A stretch of DNA of 64,000 bases from Schmidtea polychroa. Its lineage: Eukaryota. The stretch is from the NCBI GenBank assembly GCA_044892525.1, contig CM097886.1:45012001-45076000 (forward strand), read 5' to 3'. The notes beneath the pieces are model-generated. The model did no database searches, was not told the DNA's origin, and was given only the letters and a program-made list of their open reading frames with translations. Position numbers and translations under genes: made by a program. Positions 44,069 to 53,849 of this stretch are shown here, one piece after another. The stretch's first letter is position 1. Every line of letters begins with the position of its first letter.

Positions 44069-45951
44069 GTTTTTGCTAAAAATGGTAAAAAGCCTACTAT
44101 CATTTTCCAGTTAACTTTCTTTTCCCGCTTGTATATATCAAAACAAGCTAACATTTGTGTTAGTATTACTCTGACTATCTGAATTATGAGTATGATCCCT
44201 AATATCCCGGCCATCATTTGTCCAAAAACTAAGAATCTTCCCCCCATTGCTTTCATCATGTTTGACGTGGCTTGTTGAAAATGATCTGGCGATAATAGCA
44301 GTTCGTAATTCGGGCCTGATTGATAATTTGTTCCCCCAGTTATTGTAACCATATTTGACAAAATGGATTCTCGTCTGGCTGGGAAGAGTACGTTAAGTCG
44401 TGCTGTTTCTAGATCTTCTGGGGAATACATACCACCGTTTGACACGTCTATAGGTTTGAAATCCAGCTCTGTGGCGAGTTCTATTAATCCAAATTTCTTG
44501 GGCTCCTCGGATATGGTTTTTCCCGGTAACATCATCCATTTCCCATCGGGTCTTTCATACAAAGGTCCGTATGCATTAGAACAGTTAAAGAGATTTGGGT
44601 AGAAACCCACTGGATTCATAATTCTCGTGACTGGTTGGACGAATCGATTTTGTCCTTTATAACGGATTTCTAATTCATTTGCACATCTCTTTTCGGGTAG
44701 TATGGATTTTTCTGGCATTCGTGCATACGTCTTGGTACACTGGTATGTGTACATCACTTCTCCTACCATTCTACCAAAATGTCCGTCTGGTAGTGGGAGT
44801 GAGGGCATCGTGTTATCTGGGTGCGTTATCGCAATAGCTAGCTTTGTTTTCAATATTTCTTTATTCAATGAACAATCGTTTTGTATCAGATCGTAATATA
44901 CTTTTTGCAAGGTCGTTTGTCCGCGATGAAATAGAAAATCCATTTTATTATTTGCATATAAGTATAGTTTTACGTCCTCCGTTGCTATCTTTCCCACTGC
45001 TCTATCGATTATTTGTCTCGACATATAGATACCTGCGTAATTGGTTTTATATACTATACTGTCACATTTGGTGGTTTCTTTCTCTTTGATAAATCTCATA
45101 CCTAGATCTGGATCGTCTGTGATTAATGCTGTTGGTGTCTTCTGCGTTGAAAGTCTCTTTTCTCTGGGAGATGGTGGCATTGGTTTTCCATTTCGCATTC
45201 TCACTCTGTCGTTTCCATCCTCGTCGTTCTCGTTCTCATAAATTTCTCCTTTTACTTCATTGAACAAAGCACCTTTTAACAGTTGGAGTCGGCATTTTTG
45301 GGTATTAGCTTCATAGATTATAGTTGATACTCCTGTCCTGCATACGTTTTCTGTAGCTCTACACGCTGGGTTGGTCTTCATTTGGTAATTATTTGCGTCA
45401 AATTGCGCTTCGTATTCCTTTAGTTCAACCGTATAGGACTCGATTACTACTACTCCCGATATTACCTCGCCTCGGATCGTATACGTACCTCCGTTACATG
45501 ACCCATCTGATGATTTTACTTTTCCGGATACGTAAACACTTTCGGTTTTAATCATTCCAGTTTGTCCGTGAATCGTCACCCCGTTATGCATTTTTAGCGC
45601 TCCGGTTCTAAATAGCTCTTTACAGTCCTCTCGTTGTATTGATACGATTTCTTTATCCAGACCGGGTAGTATAAGAGTCGAATACGAATATTGTCCACAG
45701 TAATATGCGAGTACCTTTTTTGATACTACGCATTCCCTTGCTTGCGTTCTGATGAAATCTGATTCTTGATATACATGGTAAGTAACTTTTGTTCTTACTA
45801 TGTCTAATTTGTTGGGTGATGCTTGTCTGCATTCTTCTATGTCTCTCAATGAGTATTTATCTCTCATTATCATATTATCACAATCGTAGATGGTAAAACC
45901 CGTTGCTCCACTTGTGCACAACATCCATATCATCATAGTCATCATTAACGA
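44029..45951 (-). CDS. env: Envelope glycoprotein, chuvirus-G-like (class III fusion family), with internal signal peptide, furin site and C-terminal TM
   Basis: Signal SLMMTMMIWMLCTSGATG/FTIYDC; motifs YYCGQYS, DGSCNGGTY, YLYANNKMDFL, GEVMYTYQC, FVQPVTRI, GGMYS..L..AR..VLFP, FG..AGILGI match my recollection of chuvirus-type glycoproteins; REKR at 45154-45165. Confidence 0.82.
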   Translation of the reverse strand, partial: SLMMTMMIWMLCTSGATGFTIYDCDNMIMRDKYSLRDIEECRQASPNKLDIVRTKVTYHVYQESDFIRTQARECVVSKKVLAYYCGQYSYSTLILPGLDKEIVSIQREDCKELFRTGALKMHNGVTIHGQTGMIKTESVYVSGKVKSSDGSCNGGTYTIRGEVISGVVVIESYTVELKEYEAQFDANNYQMKTNPACRATENVCRTGVSTIIYEANTQKCRLQLLKGALFNEVKGEIYENENDEDGNDRVRMRNGKPMPPSPREKRLSTQKTPTALITDDPDLGMRFIKEKETTKCDSIVYKTNYAGIYMSRQIIDRAVGKIATEDVKLYLYANNKMDFLFHRGQTTLQKVYYDLIQNDCSLNKEILKTKLAIAITHPDNTMPSLPLPDGHFGRMVGEVMYTYQCTKTYARMPEKSILPEKRCANELEIRYKGQNRFVQPVTRIMNPVGFYPNLFNCSNAYGPLYERPDGKWMMLPGKTISEEPKKFGLIELATELDFKPIDVSNGGMYSPEDLETARLNVLFPARRESILSNMVTITGGTNYQSGPNYELLLSPDHFQQATSNMMKAMGGRFLVFGQMMAGILGIILIIQIVRVILTQMLACFDIYKREKKVNWKMIVGFLPFLAKTWYYMVTQKTSIG

Positions 45952-46069
45952 ATTTATTGATGCTTTTCTGCTTGCGGGATCTTTCATCGGTAGTTCCCAT
46001 TCTAGTTCATTTAACAGCTTTTTCAATCTAACTTGCATCGATCTTTCTTGCTCATTTTTTCGTGGCGCT

Positions 46070-46518
46070 TGTATCAGTCTTTTCCATCCTCCGGCACGAA
46101 TAATATGTGGTTCAATAGTATTCTCTATGATTGAAACGGTCATTTCCACATGATTTGCAAACTGTTTATTTGGTATTTTCCTCGCAGCCAGTCCCATCAA
46201 ATTATACATCAAATACGTGATTACCACTAGATGATGTTCGTCATCATTTGCATTTGTCGTGAGCTGTTCAATCACTCTCTTCGTTTCATCCCAATCCGTT
46301 TTGGTGGTTTTCGTTTTCTCTTTGATTAACTTTGGGATTATCCCCGAAACGATGTGCCATAATTGTCTAGCTTCCGTACTGGCTACTTTCCGTTGCCACA
46401 AACGTCTAAGTTGTGGGTTTGTTATTATTAACATATCTTTGATCAATTCTCGTATCCATTTTTCTCCTCTTTCGATCGTTGGTTGGGCTTCCTTTAGATC
46501 CCATACTATTTTATCCAA
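46070..46518 (-). CDS. Bcl-2-like helical domain (degenerate BH1, recognisable BH2) immediately before the Env signal peptide
   Basis: VIEQL..helix..IENTIEPHIIRAGGWKRL parallels VVEELF..NWGR..LNRHLHTWIQDNGGWDAF. Confidence 0.5.
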
Positions 46519-46779
46519 TTTTTATAATCGGACTTGCCCTTGTTCTTGCTTTAATTGTTCTTTGGTTTTGAACTCAGACTTTTCTCCTTGTTTCTTAGGT
46601 CTTCCTTTTGCCCGTTTTTCCATCATCGTTCCGGCTTCTCTGGTATTTTCGTAATTCGGATTTCTTTCGTTATCCGTTCTGGGTAATGAGCTATCGTTAT
46701 TTCTTAGCCACTCATTCCATTCATCTATTATTTTATCGGTTTGACCTTCTGGTGTTACTTTCGTTGGTTCTCTTTGCTT

Positions 46780-49227
46780 CTAGAATTGTTCATCCGTTTC
46801 GGTTTCCGTAGTATTGTCGATGATTTCTTTGATGTTTAGTTTCGTTGGTTGTTGATAACTTGTTGATGGCTGGTTATTAGTCCACATTTCGGCTCCTGTC
46901 GGCCATCTTACTAATAGCGGTGATCTTTCTCCTGGTTCATCGTCACTATCTTCGAGGATAATCTCTTCAACTTCTTCAGTTTCATTAGATTTACTTGGTG
47001 CTTTGTTCGGACTTGGAGTACTCAAACTGCCTTTTGTTGGTTTAGTAATTTTACTTTTCCTTTTTAACGGTTTCCCCAACGTTTCTGCCATCGTTAATAC
47101 ATTTGTCTCTTCCAATCTCATGGGTGTTATTCCGACGTCTGCATTATCGTCTAGTGATTTTCCTTGCAGTTGTAGATGGAAAGGAGTTTCGTATGCCAAT
47201 TTCTTTTTTAATTCCCTGATTTTGGTGGTTGGGTGTACTTCTACTTCCTCAACATTCTTATCTGGGTATTTGATTCGGATTCGGTATCTCTCTTGGGTAT
47301 CTTGTGACCACTCATGGTTTCGCCACTTCCCGATAATTTGCTCCAGTTGTTCCGGGTACCATTCGTTGTATTGTCGGTATTCTTCTATAGTTTTTACTAT
47401 CTCTCTCAGATAATGGATATTATCCGATATTTTTAAAATGAAGTTAGCTAATGTTATTACTTGTCGTTTTTGATTTTTCGCTCCCTTTATTAGGATATCG
47501 CCTAATTGCTTATATCTTTCTCTCTCTTCTCGTTCTCTTGCTTCCGTCGCTTCCTCGCCGTCCATATCAGCATATTCACGTTCCTTTTTCCTCATTGCAT
47601 GAATATGTCTTGCTTCATTTTCGCTTTCTGATGTGACATCCGTCTCGCCTTCGTCATCTGATGTCTGTTCCCTTGCTTCCTCTTCATATTCTGGAGGTTC
47701 CTCTTCTTCTTCCTCCGATTCACTTTCTGTCTCACCAATGTCTGTTTCTACGAAGATTCCTTTCCGGATTTCCCATTCCTTATTTTCTGCATTCCACACT
47801 CTTTCCCATGGGGTTCGTCTGCAGGATCTGGTACTTAGTTTCGTGATTTTTCCTTGTAGTTCTTTTTCTTTTAACCATTGTTGGTGGATTTCAATTATTT
47901 CTGTAGATTTTTGATATAACGTTTTCATCCGGTCTCGTATTTCTTTTTGATAGGTTACATCTCTTGTTCGAAATTCATCCATTGGTACTATCCTGATTAT
48001 CTGATGATTGTCCCACATACCCATTTCGCTTAACGAGGTGTCGTCTTCCGCTCGTAATATTATTTTATCGTACATCATGACTACATCATCCACCATACCA
48101 TCACTACTTTCGCTACGTACCTTTTCCGTTATCTCTTGGTTTATCTTTGATACCAAGTCATCCACTGTACTCTGATTGCTCATTTTTATTCGTCGTTTTT
48201 CTTCGTTCGGTAACCATATGGTTATTTCCAACCTCTGTGGCTGGGTTTCTTTTAACCTTCCATATTTGTGGATCAAATTTATGGTTCTCCAATCACTCAT
48301 CCGGAGCATTTCTGTATCTCGCAATCGGCTCATTAGTTCGTACATGGCTGGGGCTCGTCTGGTGATGAGTAAATCCCAGTTGTCTTCTACTTGTTCTTGA
48401 ATTTGTTTGATCAGCTTATCCAGGTTTCGTCTCAGAGTACATTGTTTTATTTGTTCTAATTTCAATTTGATATTAAAATCATATTCTGCCTTGGCATCTT
48501 TAGCCCAATCGTAAAGGTTGGCTGGTTGTTTTTCTTTATGCAACTTCACTATTTGCGTTTCTCCTGGCCATATTAGTGCATCTACTAAGTGCATATCTGG
48601 TTTGATCTGTTCTCCTTGGTATTGATACAGATATTCTTTCTTTCTCGAACTTCCCAAATGTTCTCGTATCCAATCGAAAAGTTCGTCGGTGACTGTACTT
48701 TTGATCCACATTCTTTCAAGTCCTCTGCTCGTTCTGATTTTTATTACATACCGCGTGGTATCGGCCTGCTTCATTTTTTCCATATACTTTTTTATAATTG
48801 ATTTTTCCTCGTTTGGTATTAAATCTTTCTCGTTTCCTTCCAATTTCATCACTTTTTGTACGAATCGCCTGAATGGTATTACATCGATGAACTCTTGGTT
48901 TCTCACTACCACCGGGAGTATTTCGGCTACCTGTTTTATCGCTTCCTCCCTTGCTTTTCTCAACTTTATTTCGATATCCTCGTCTTCACTTCCACTGGTT
49001 ATCTCGCTTTCGCTTTCTTCCTCTTTGATTTCCCCTTTCGGAGGTTCGCTTATTTCGTTTAGCTGTAGTATTTCTCCACCCAAACTGCTCACATAGTCTT
49101 CGTCTGAGGACGACGTACCTTTTGTCCTTTTCATCATGTTGATTCGCAAATTTCTCATCCTAGGTACTCTCTTTAGTTTTCTATTTTCGAATATCGTTGT
49201 TTCTTCTGATTCCGATTCTTGTAGCAT
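46780..49227 (-). CDS. Polyprotein segment between Gag and Env with three ubiquitin-like domains and acidic linkers
   Basis: UBL-like units at ~48540-48750, ~47985-48232 and ~47090-47287 (e.g. IRIKYPDKNVEEVEVHPTTKIRELKKKL..LQLQGKSLDD); same frame as env across stops at 46780 and 46522. Confidence 0.65.
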   Translation of the reverse strand: MLQESESEETTIFENRKLKRVPRMRNLRINMMKRTKGTSSSDEDYVSSLGGEILQLNEISEPPKGEIKEEESESEITSGSEDEDIEIKLRKAREEAIKQVAEILPVVVRNQEFIDVIPFRRFVQKVMKLEGNEKDLIPNEEKSIIKKYMEKMKQADTTRYVIKIRTSRGLERMWIKSTVTDELFDWIREHLGSSRKKEYLYQYQGEQIKPDMHLVDALIWPGETQIVKLHKEKQPANLYDWAKDAKAEYDFNIKLKLEQIKQCTLRRNLDKLIKQIQEQVEDNWDLLITRRAPAMYELMSRLRDTEMLRMSDWRTINLIHKYGRLKETQPQRLEITIWLPNEEKRRIKMSNQSTVDDLVSKINQEITEKVRSESSDGMVDDVVMMYDKIILRAEDDTSLSEMGMWDNHQIIRIVPMDEFRTRDVTYQKEIRDRMKTLYQKSTEIIEIHQQWLKEKELQGKITKLSTRSCRRTPWERVWNAENKEWEIRKGIFVETDIGETESESEEEEEEPPEYEEEAREQTSDDEGETDVTSESENEARHIHAMRKKEREYADMDGEEATEAREREERERYKQLGDILIKGAKNQKRQVITLANFILKISDNIHYLREIVKTIEEYRQYNEWYPEQLEQIIGKWRNHEWSQDTQERYRIRIKYPDKNVEEVEVHPTTKIRELKKKLAYETPFHLQLQGKSLDDNADVGITPMRLEETNVLTMAETLGKPLKRKSKITKPTKGSLSTPSPNKAPSKSNETEEVEEIILEDSDDEPGERSPLLVRWPTGAEMWTNNQPSTSYQQPTKLNIKEIIDNTTETETDEQF

Positions 49228-49315
49228 TTGGTGGTTTAACTGACTGATTTGCTCCTTGTTTTGGTTGTTTCCCTCTTTTATTCTTATTTCCGTTTCTTCA
49301 TGTTTCTTTTCTATT

Positions 49316-50740
49316 TTATCTTTTATCTTTTTCCAGAATATTTTCTGAATTCTCTGGTTTCCTTTTAAAATCGTGGTTGAATTCTGTTTTCATTTCCGTT
49401 GTTGTTTCTTTTACCTTTTCTGGTTCCGTCATGGGTACTACCCTTGGGTTTTTCCCGTAATTGTAGCAATACTGGCTTTTCAGGTCTTTTACTAACTTCA
49501 TCATATTTATTCGCAATGGTTGTTCTTGGCGTTGTTGGTTGCGTTCTTGTTTTATCCTCTCTTCCTCGGCCTGCAGTCTTTGCCATTCTTGTACATGTTG
49601 ATGTACTTCATAATTGTTGAGATTTTCGGTACTCCTCATCATACGTATATTCTGGGTTTGTTGTGGTGCTGATTCTGGTCTTGGTCTCATCATTTGTTGC
49701 ATCATCTGTTTCATCTGCGAGATTTCCTGCATAACGTTCATTTGGTTTCCTTCGCTAGGGTTACTTTGTCGTTGCGGATTCGCCATATAATTATTATTTC
49801 GCTGTGGTGGTCGTTGTTGTTGACCCCTTTCTCGGCAATCTCTGGAGATGTGACCTGGCTGACCACAGTTAAAACAACCTCGCAATTGGCATACATTTTC
49901 GGTATGTCCACGCCGTCCGCAACGATTACAATTTGAATTTCTATAGCAATCTCTGTCCCAGTGTCCTGATTTACCGCATGTTCGGCACTGCTTGTTATCG
50001 TTCATATTTCGTCAATTATTAAAATTGTTCTCATTATTCAGGTTGTTACGATTACCATTATTCCCATTTGATCGTCCTTGTGGTGGTTTAAAAATTTGAT
50101 GCGCTCCTGGTATGAATTGATTCATTTTTGGTTCCTGGTTGTTATTATCTCCATTATCCGTTTTTACTTTGGCTGTCGCTATCCTCCCATCCTCTTGCAT
50201 GATGTTCATTTGTGCTGGGAGGTGGAGTTCGCACCTCGTAGCCCAATCTATGGCCTCTTCTAACGTTGTACACATCTGACAGCCTACAGATGCTCTTACT
50301 TCTTCTCGGCGTAATCCCTCTATGAAATAACCGATCAAATTTTCTTCTGGTAATTTCCCATTCATTGCTTTCTTTGCCAATCTCCGCAATTCGCTGGCAT
50401 ATAACGTAATGGATTCATTTGCTCTTTGTTTCCTATTTGCTAGTTCGCCGAGTGCTTGATTTATTGGTTTGCTAGCTCCGAAAGTTTTCTTCAGGAATGT
50501 TTTGATATCGTCCCATTTATCTAATTTCGTATTTCTTTCTTTAGCCTCTAAATATACTTCTAATGCGCTATCGCACAAAAACAACGGCATCCTTTTACTA
50601 ACTGCTTCGGATGTCCATCCGCACACATCGATATAAACTTCGAAGTTGGTTATGAACGTTGCTAACTTGTTTGCATTTCCGTTGAACGGTTCTCCTCTGA
50701 ACTTCTCTTTGTACTCGTCGGTTTTTACGACATTCGTCAT
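49316..50740 (-). CDS. gag: Gag of the giant element: capsid-like domain (50012..50740) plus three CCHC knuckles (49316..50005), split by one in-frame TGA
   Basis: EPFNGN..FITNFEVY..GW, ELANRKQRANESI..YASELRRLA, FIEGL; CRTC..GH..RDC, CNRC..GH..NVC, CFNC..GH..RDC; a 7-bp GATAAAA duplication at ~49315-49328 breaks the frame to the next segment. Confidence 0.9.
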
Positions 50741-52116
50741 GATTGGTGTTCTAGATTCGTCTGTTTCTTTTAAATTGTCTAACGATGTGACTAAACTTTG
50801 GGCTGATAATTCCTCGGTTGACGTTGCTAAACTATTAGTGATGTCGGACAGACTTTCTCTGCTTCGAGATCGACTAGGGGTGTATCCGAGATTTTCTTGG
50901 TCAAATATAGGTACTTGATTGGTTCTTCTTGATCCTTGTGATATTCCTCTTTGATGTTTAATAGATCGTCCTCTTTTGAGTTGTTGTAATTCGTCTCCTG
51001 AAAATAATACGTCTCCTGGCTTACTTGAAGATCTAAAATTGGGTTTATCCGTGATTCCTTTCTTACGCTTCTTGGTAATTAGCGGCTACTGAATTGGACG
51101 AGTTCGGTTCTGATTGTGTTTCCTTCGATAAGTATTCTGTATGAATCTGCGACTGTGATTCTGAGGAGATTTACTAGTCCTTGACAGATGGCTGCTAATA
51201 CTATGAGATTGAATATATCGGTGATTCGTTCGAAGTTGGAGATGTCGCTATCTGTATCTTCTTCCGTCCTGGAGTCTTCCGGTTGCTGGGTTTCTCGGTG
51301 CGGGTTCTGAATGGATTTGTTCTTGGTCGATTGTCGATTTTTTCGAATTCCTTTTGTGCAGGTTCTGGATTGGCTTGATTGGCTGACTTGATTTGATATC
51401 TAAAATGAAAAAATGATCTCGTGTTGCATTTGCTTACACGACTTCATCATTCTTTCAACAACATTCGAACACAGACACCTTTTAGGTTTCTGTTTGTGCT
51501 TCCCTTATTTTTTTTTTTTTTTTGCAATTACCTCCGCGGGTTATAATTTTCCATCAGCCCGTATTTTTCGTCGATTTTAAATTATCTATATGGGGTAGTA
51601 ACAATCATCTATAAAGTCGTAATAATTATCTATTCGTTATCAATTATAATATAAATAGGTCGTTGTCGGTCTCTGCTTATTACCCCCCTTCGTTTTCCTA
51701 TTCCTTTTGCGCGGTTGTCGCTGTTTTACTTTTCGTATTTACTATTATCTCACTCGGTTCTACTCTAGAACCAATAAAATATATTTTCCCGCTTCACCCA
51801 AAAAAATATTATTCCGTAGAGTTTCTCTGCTTCACTGGGGTCCCTTTAATTAGTTAGTTACTTTCCTCTTCTACTCGTTATCGTCATTTCACCTATTCTT
51901 TATTTTCCATTATCTTTTAATTCATTTCCTTCTTCCCTTTCCTTTTCCGTTATAATCTTATTATCTTTTCCACGAGCTCGTTTATTTCCTCTCTAAACTC
52001 AAATTTTCGTAATTACCTTCTATTTTTTCTAGCTAGCTTTAATATTCCATTTCACTAGTAATTTAAATATTATCTCATTGTAGCTTAACTGCTATCTCTC
52101 GCTTTTCTAGGCCTTT

Positions 52117-52330
52117 ACGACTGGCTGGCACTATTCAACAGCTCAATCTTCTTCTCTCTGATCGGTTGGACTTTTCACAACTCTACCTTACGACTGGCTG
52201 GCACTATTCAACAGCTCAATCTTCTTCCTTCTGATCGGTTGGACTATTCAACAACTCGATCTCACGACTGGCTGGCACTATTCAACAGCTCAATCTTCCT
52301 CCTTGTCCGGCTGGACTATTCGACAGCTCG
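52117..52330. repeat. Three tandem 73-74-bp repeats in the element leader
   Basis: ACGACTGGCTGGCACTATTCAACAGCTCAATCTTC at 52117, 52190 and 52264. Confidence 0.92.
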
Positions 52331-52869
52331 GCTTCAATATTCCCCGCTCTGCATGCTTCTACTTCTCTTCTCCTCTTTTACTCTAGTTTACCATTTTCTC
52401 TATCTACTTTTAATTTGTCGACTTAATCTTTACCGCTTGGGAGTGTTTCCCCTTTCCCCCCTTGCTCAAAACGCACGACGATCGCGATGATCCATTTCTA
52501 CATTGGCATGGTGATCAGTCATGCCGCAGAAACTTCTCATCATATGCGATGGTACCCCGCCCTACGCTTCTTACTTGGGTTGATCGGTTATCCTCTCCCC
52601 ACGGTTCTTAAAATAAAACGTACCGCCCGAAGGTGGCCCGGTTTGTACCCTTGCAGCCTATATTGGGACTAACTCCACGTTATTTTACACTTTCTTTCAC
52701 TTGATCCCAAAACAAAATAAACCTGAAACTAAAACGATAACTACTCAATTCATAACCAGATTTTATTCAATCATAAAATAAATAACAATTAAGATTATCA
52801 TGATATTTCACATCAAAATTACATTTGTTCATTTCTAGTTGTCAGTAACAATTTGATGTTCATAACCGT

Positions 52870-53412
52870 TCATTCACCATAATAAACCATATGGGCTTCC
52901 TTTATTTCATATTTGCACAACGTGCATCTTTTTAAGTCTTTTACACATTCCTCACAGTGACTGAGGTGTCCACAAGGCAAGAATAGTACGCGGATAGGAC
53001 GAAGTTTACACGCAAGACAAGTTCGTAGTAGGGTCAGTTTTTCTTGTATTTTTCGCTCGATTGTATCTGATATTGTATTTAATGGATCTTTTATACGTTG
53101 ATAATCAAGATTTAATGTTGGGTGGTTCAATCTCTCTTGATACCACTGATACACGGTTTCAGGGTTTATCTTCCCATCTGGGTGACTTAGTCCTGTGGCT
53201 AATAACATGTGGTTGGGGACGACTGGTGTTTGTCCGATTGCTTGGAGTAGTATGATGTTAATTCTTTCTCTCTTTTGTCTCAGTGTTTTAAGGGAGTCAT
53301 TCTCGAGGTTTATGAAGTTGATTAATTGTTGTATCTGGTCCACGAATTCTGTCATGTCTATTAGAAAAAAAAAATGTTTTAGTAATATATTACTAATTAG
53401 TGGTGGCTTCAT
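52870..53412 (-). CDS. RING-HC E3 ligase-like protein with IAP/MDM2-type C-terminal RING, no BIR (likely start MTEF at 53355)
   Basis: CLAC-x11-CGH-x3-CEEC-x6-CTLC, VLFLPCGH, RING at the extreme C-terminus; lies inside the element, 3' of the PBS. Confidence 0.85.
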   Translation of the reverse strand: MKPPLISNILLKHFFFLIDMTEFVDQIQQLINFINLENDSLKTLRQKRERINIILLQAIGQTPVVPNHMLLATGLSHPDGKINPETVYQWYQERLNHPTLNLDYQRIKDPLNTISDTIERKIQEKLTLLRTCLACKLRPIRVLFLPCGHLSHCEECVKDLKRCTLCKYEIKEAHMVYYGE

Positions 53413-53644
53413 TACACTTTCCCCTTTTAAGTTATTATTAATTATTTTACTTTCCTCTTAGTTCCCTTCTATTATTAGTTTTGCTTTATTTATTTTTAAT
53501 TTTATCATTATCTAGGTTCCCATTTCCCTCTACTCTGTTTATACTATTATTCAATAAACGCCATTCAATTTGCATTCGTCAAATCAATCAAATTCAAAAA
53601 AAAATCCTGGTGAATCTCACGTTATTCAATCAAAATTTCAATCT

Positions 53645-53664
53645 AAATCCCGGCTGAGCCCCCA
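53645..53664 (-). other. Primer binding site, tRNA-Pro
   Basis: TGGGGGCTCAGCCGGGATTT, 7 nt after the LTR end; complementary to a tRNA-Pro-type 3' end (AAATCCCGGnnGAGCCC-CCA). Confidence 0.88.
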
Positions 53665-53849
53665 AAAATCATGTTGGGGTTACACCTCGGCTGACTACTC
53701 TACCATATTGTCTGGTCTAAGGGTTGATTGTCCATCTCGAATAAAATGTGCCGCCGCTTTGTCAACCTGGAGTGAAACCCTACATAACTTTCTTCCAGCA
53801 TAGTGCCCGTGAATTACTTCACGTTGGTACTGCACTATGCCGGCGAGTA

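Larger units (their letters stand above)
27249..53847 (-). mobile_element. Giant Gypsy element copy B: last 176 bp of LTR - PBS - internal region - first ~730 bp of LTR; decayed
   Basis: Colinear with copy A; 27249-27977 matches 58136-58873 and 53672-53847 matches 54925-55100. Confidence 0.93.

Noticed and set aside
52117-52330. Leader repeats as a CRISPR array
   Set aside because: Eukaryotic context, spacers are related to each other and to the repeat, no cas genes.
53645-53664. tRNA gene
   Set aside because: Only the 3'-terminal 20 nt including CCA are present, next to an LTR end; it is a PBS.
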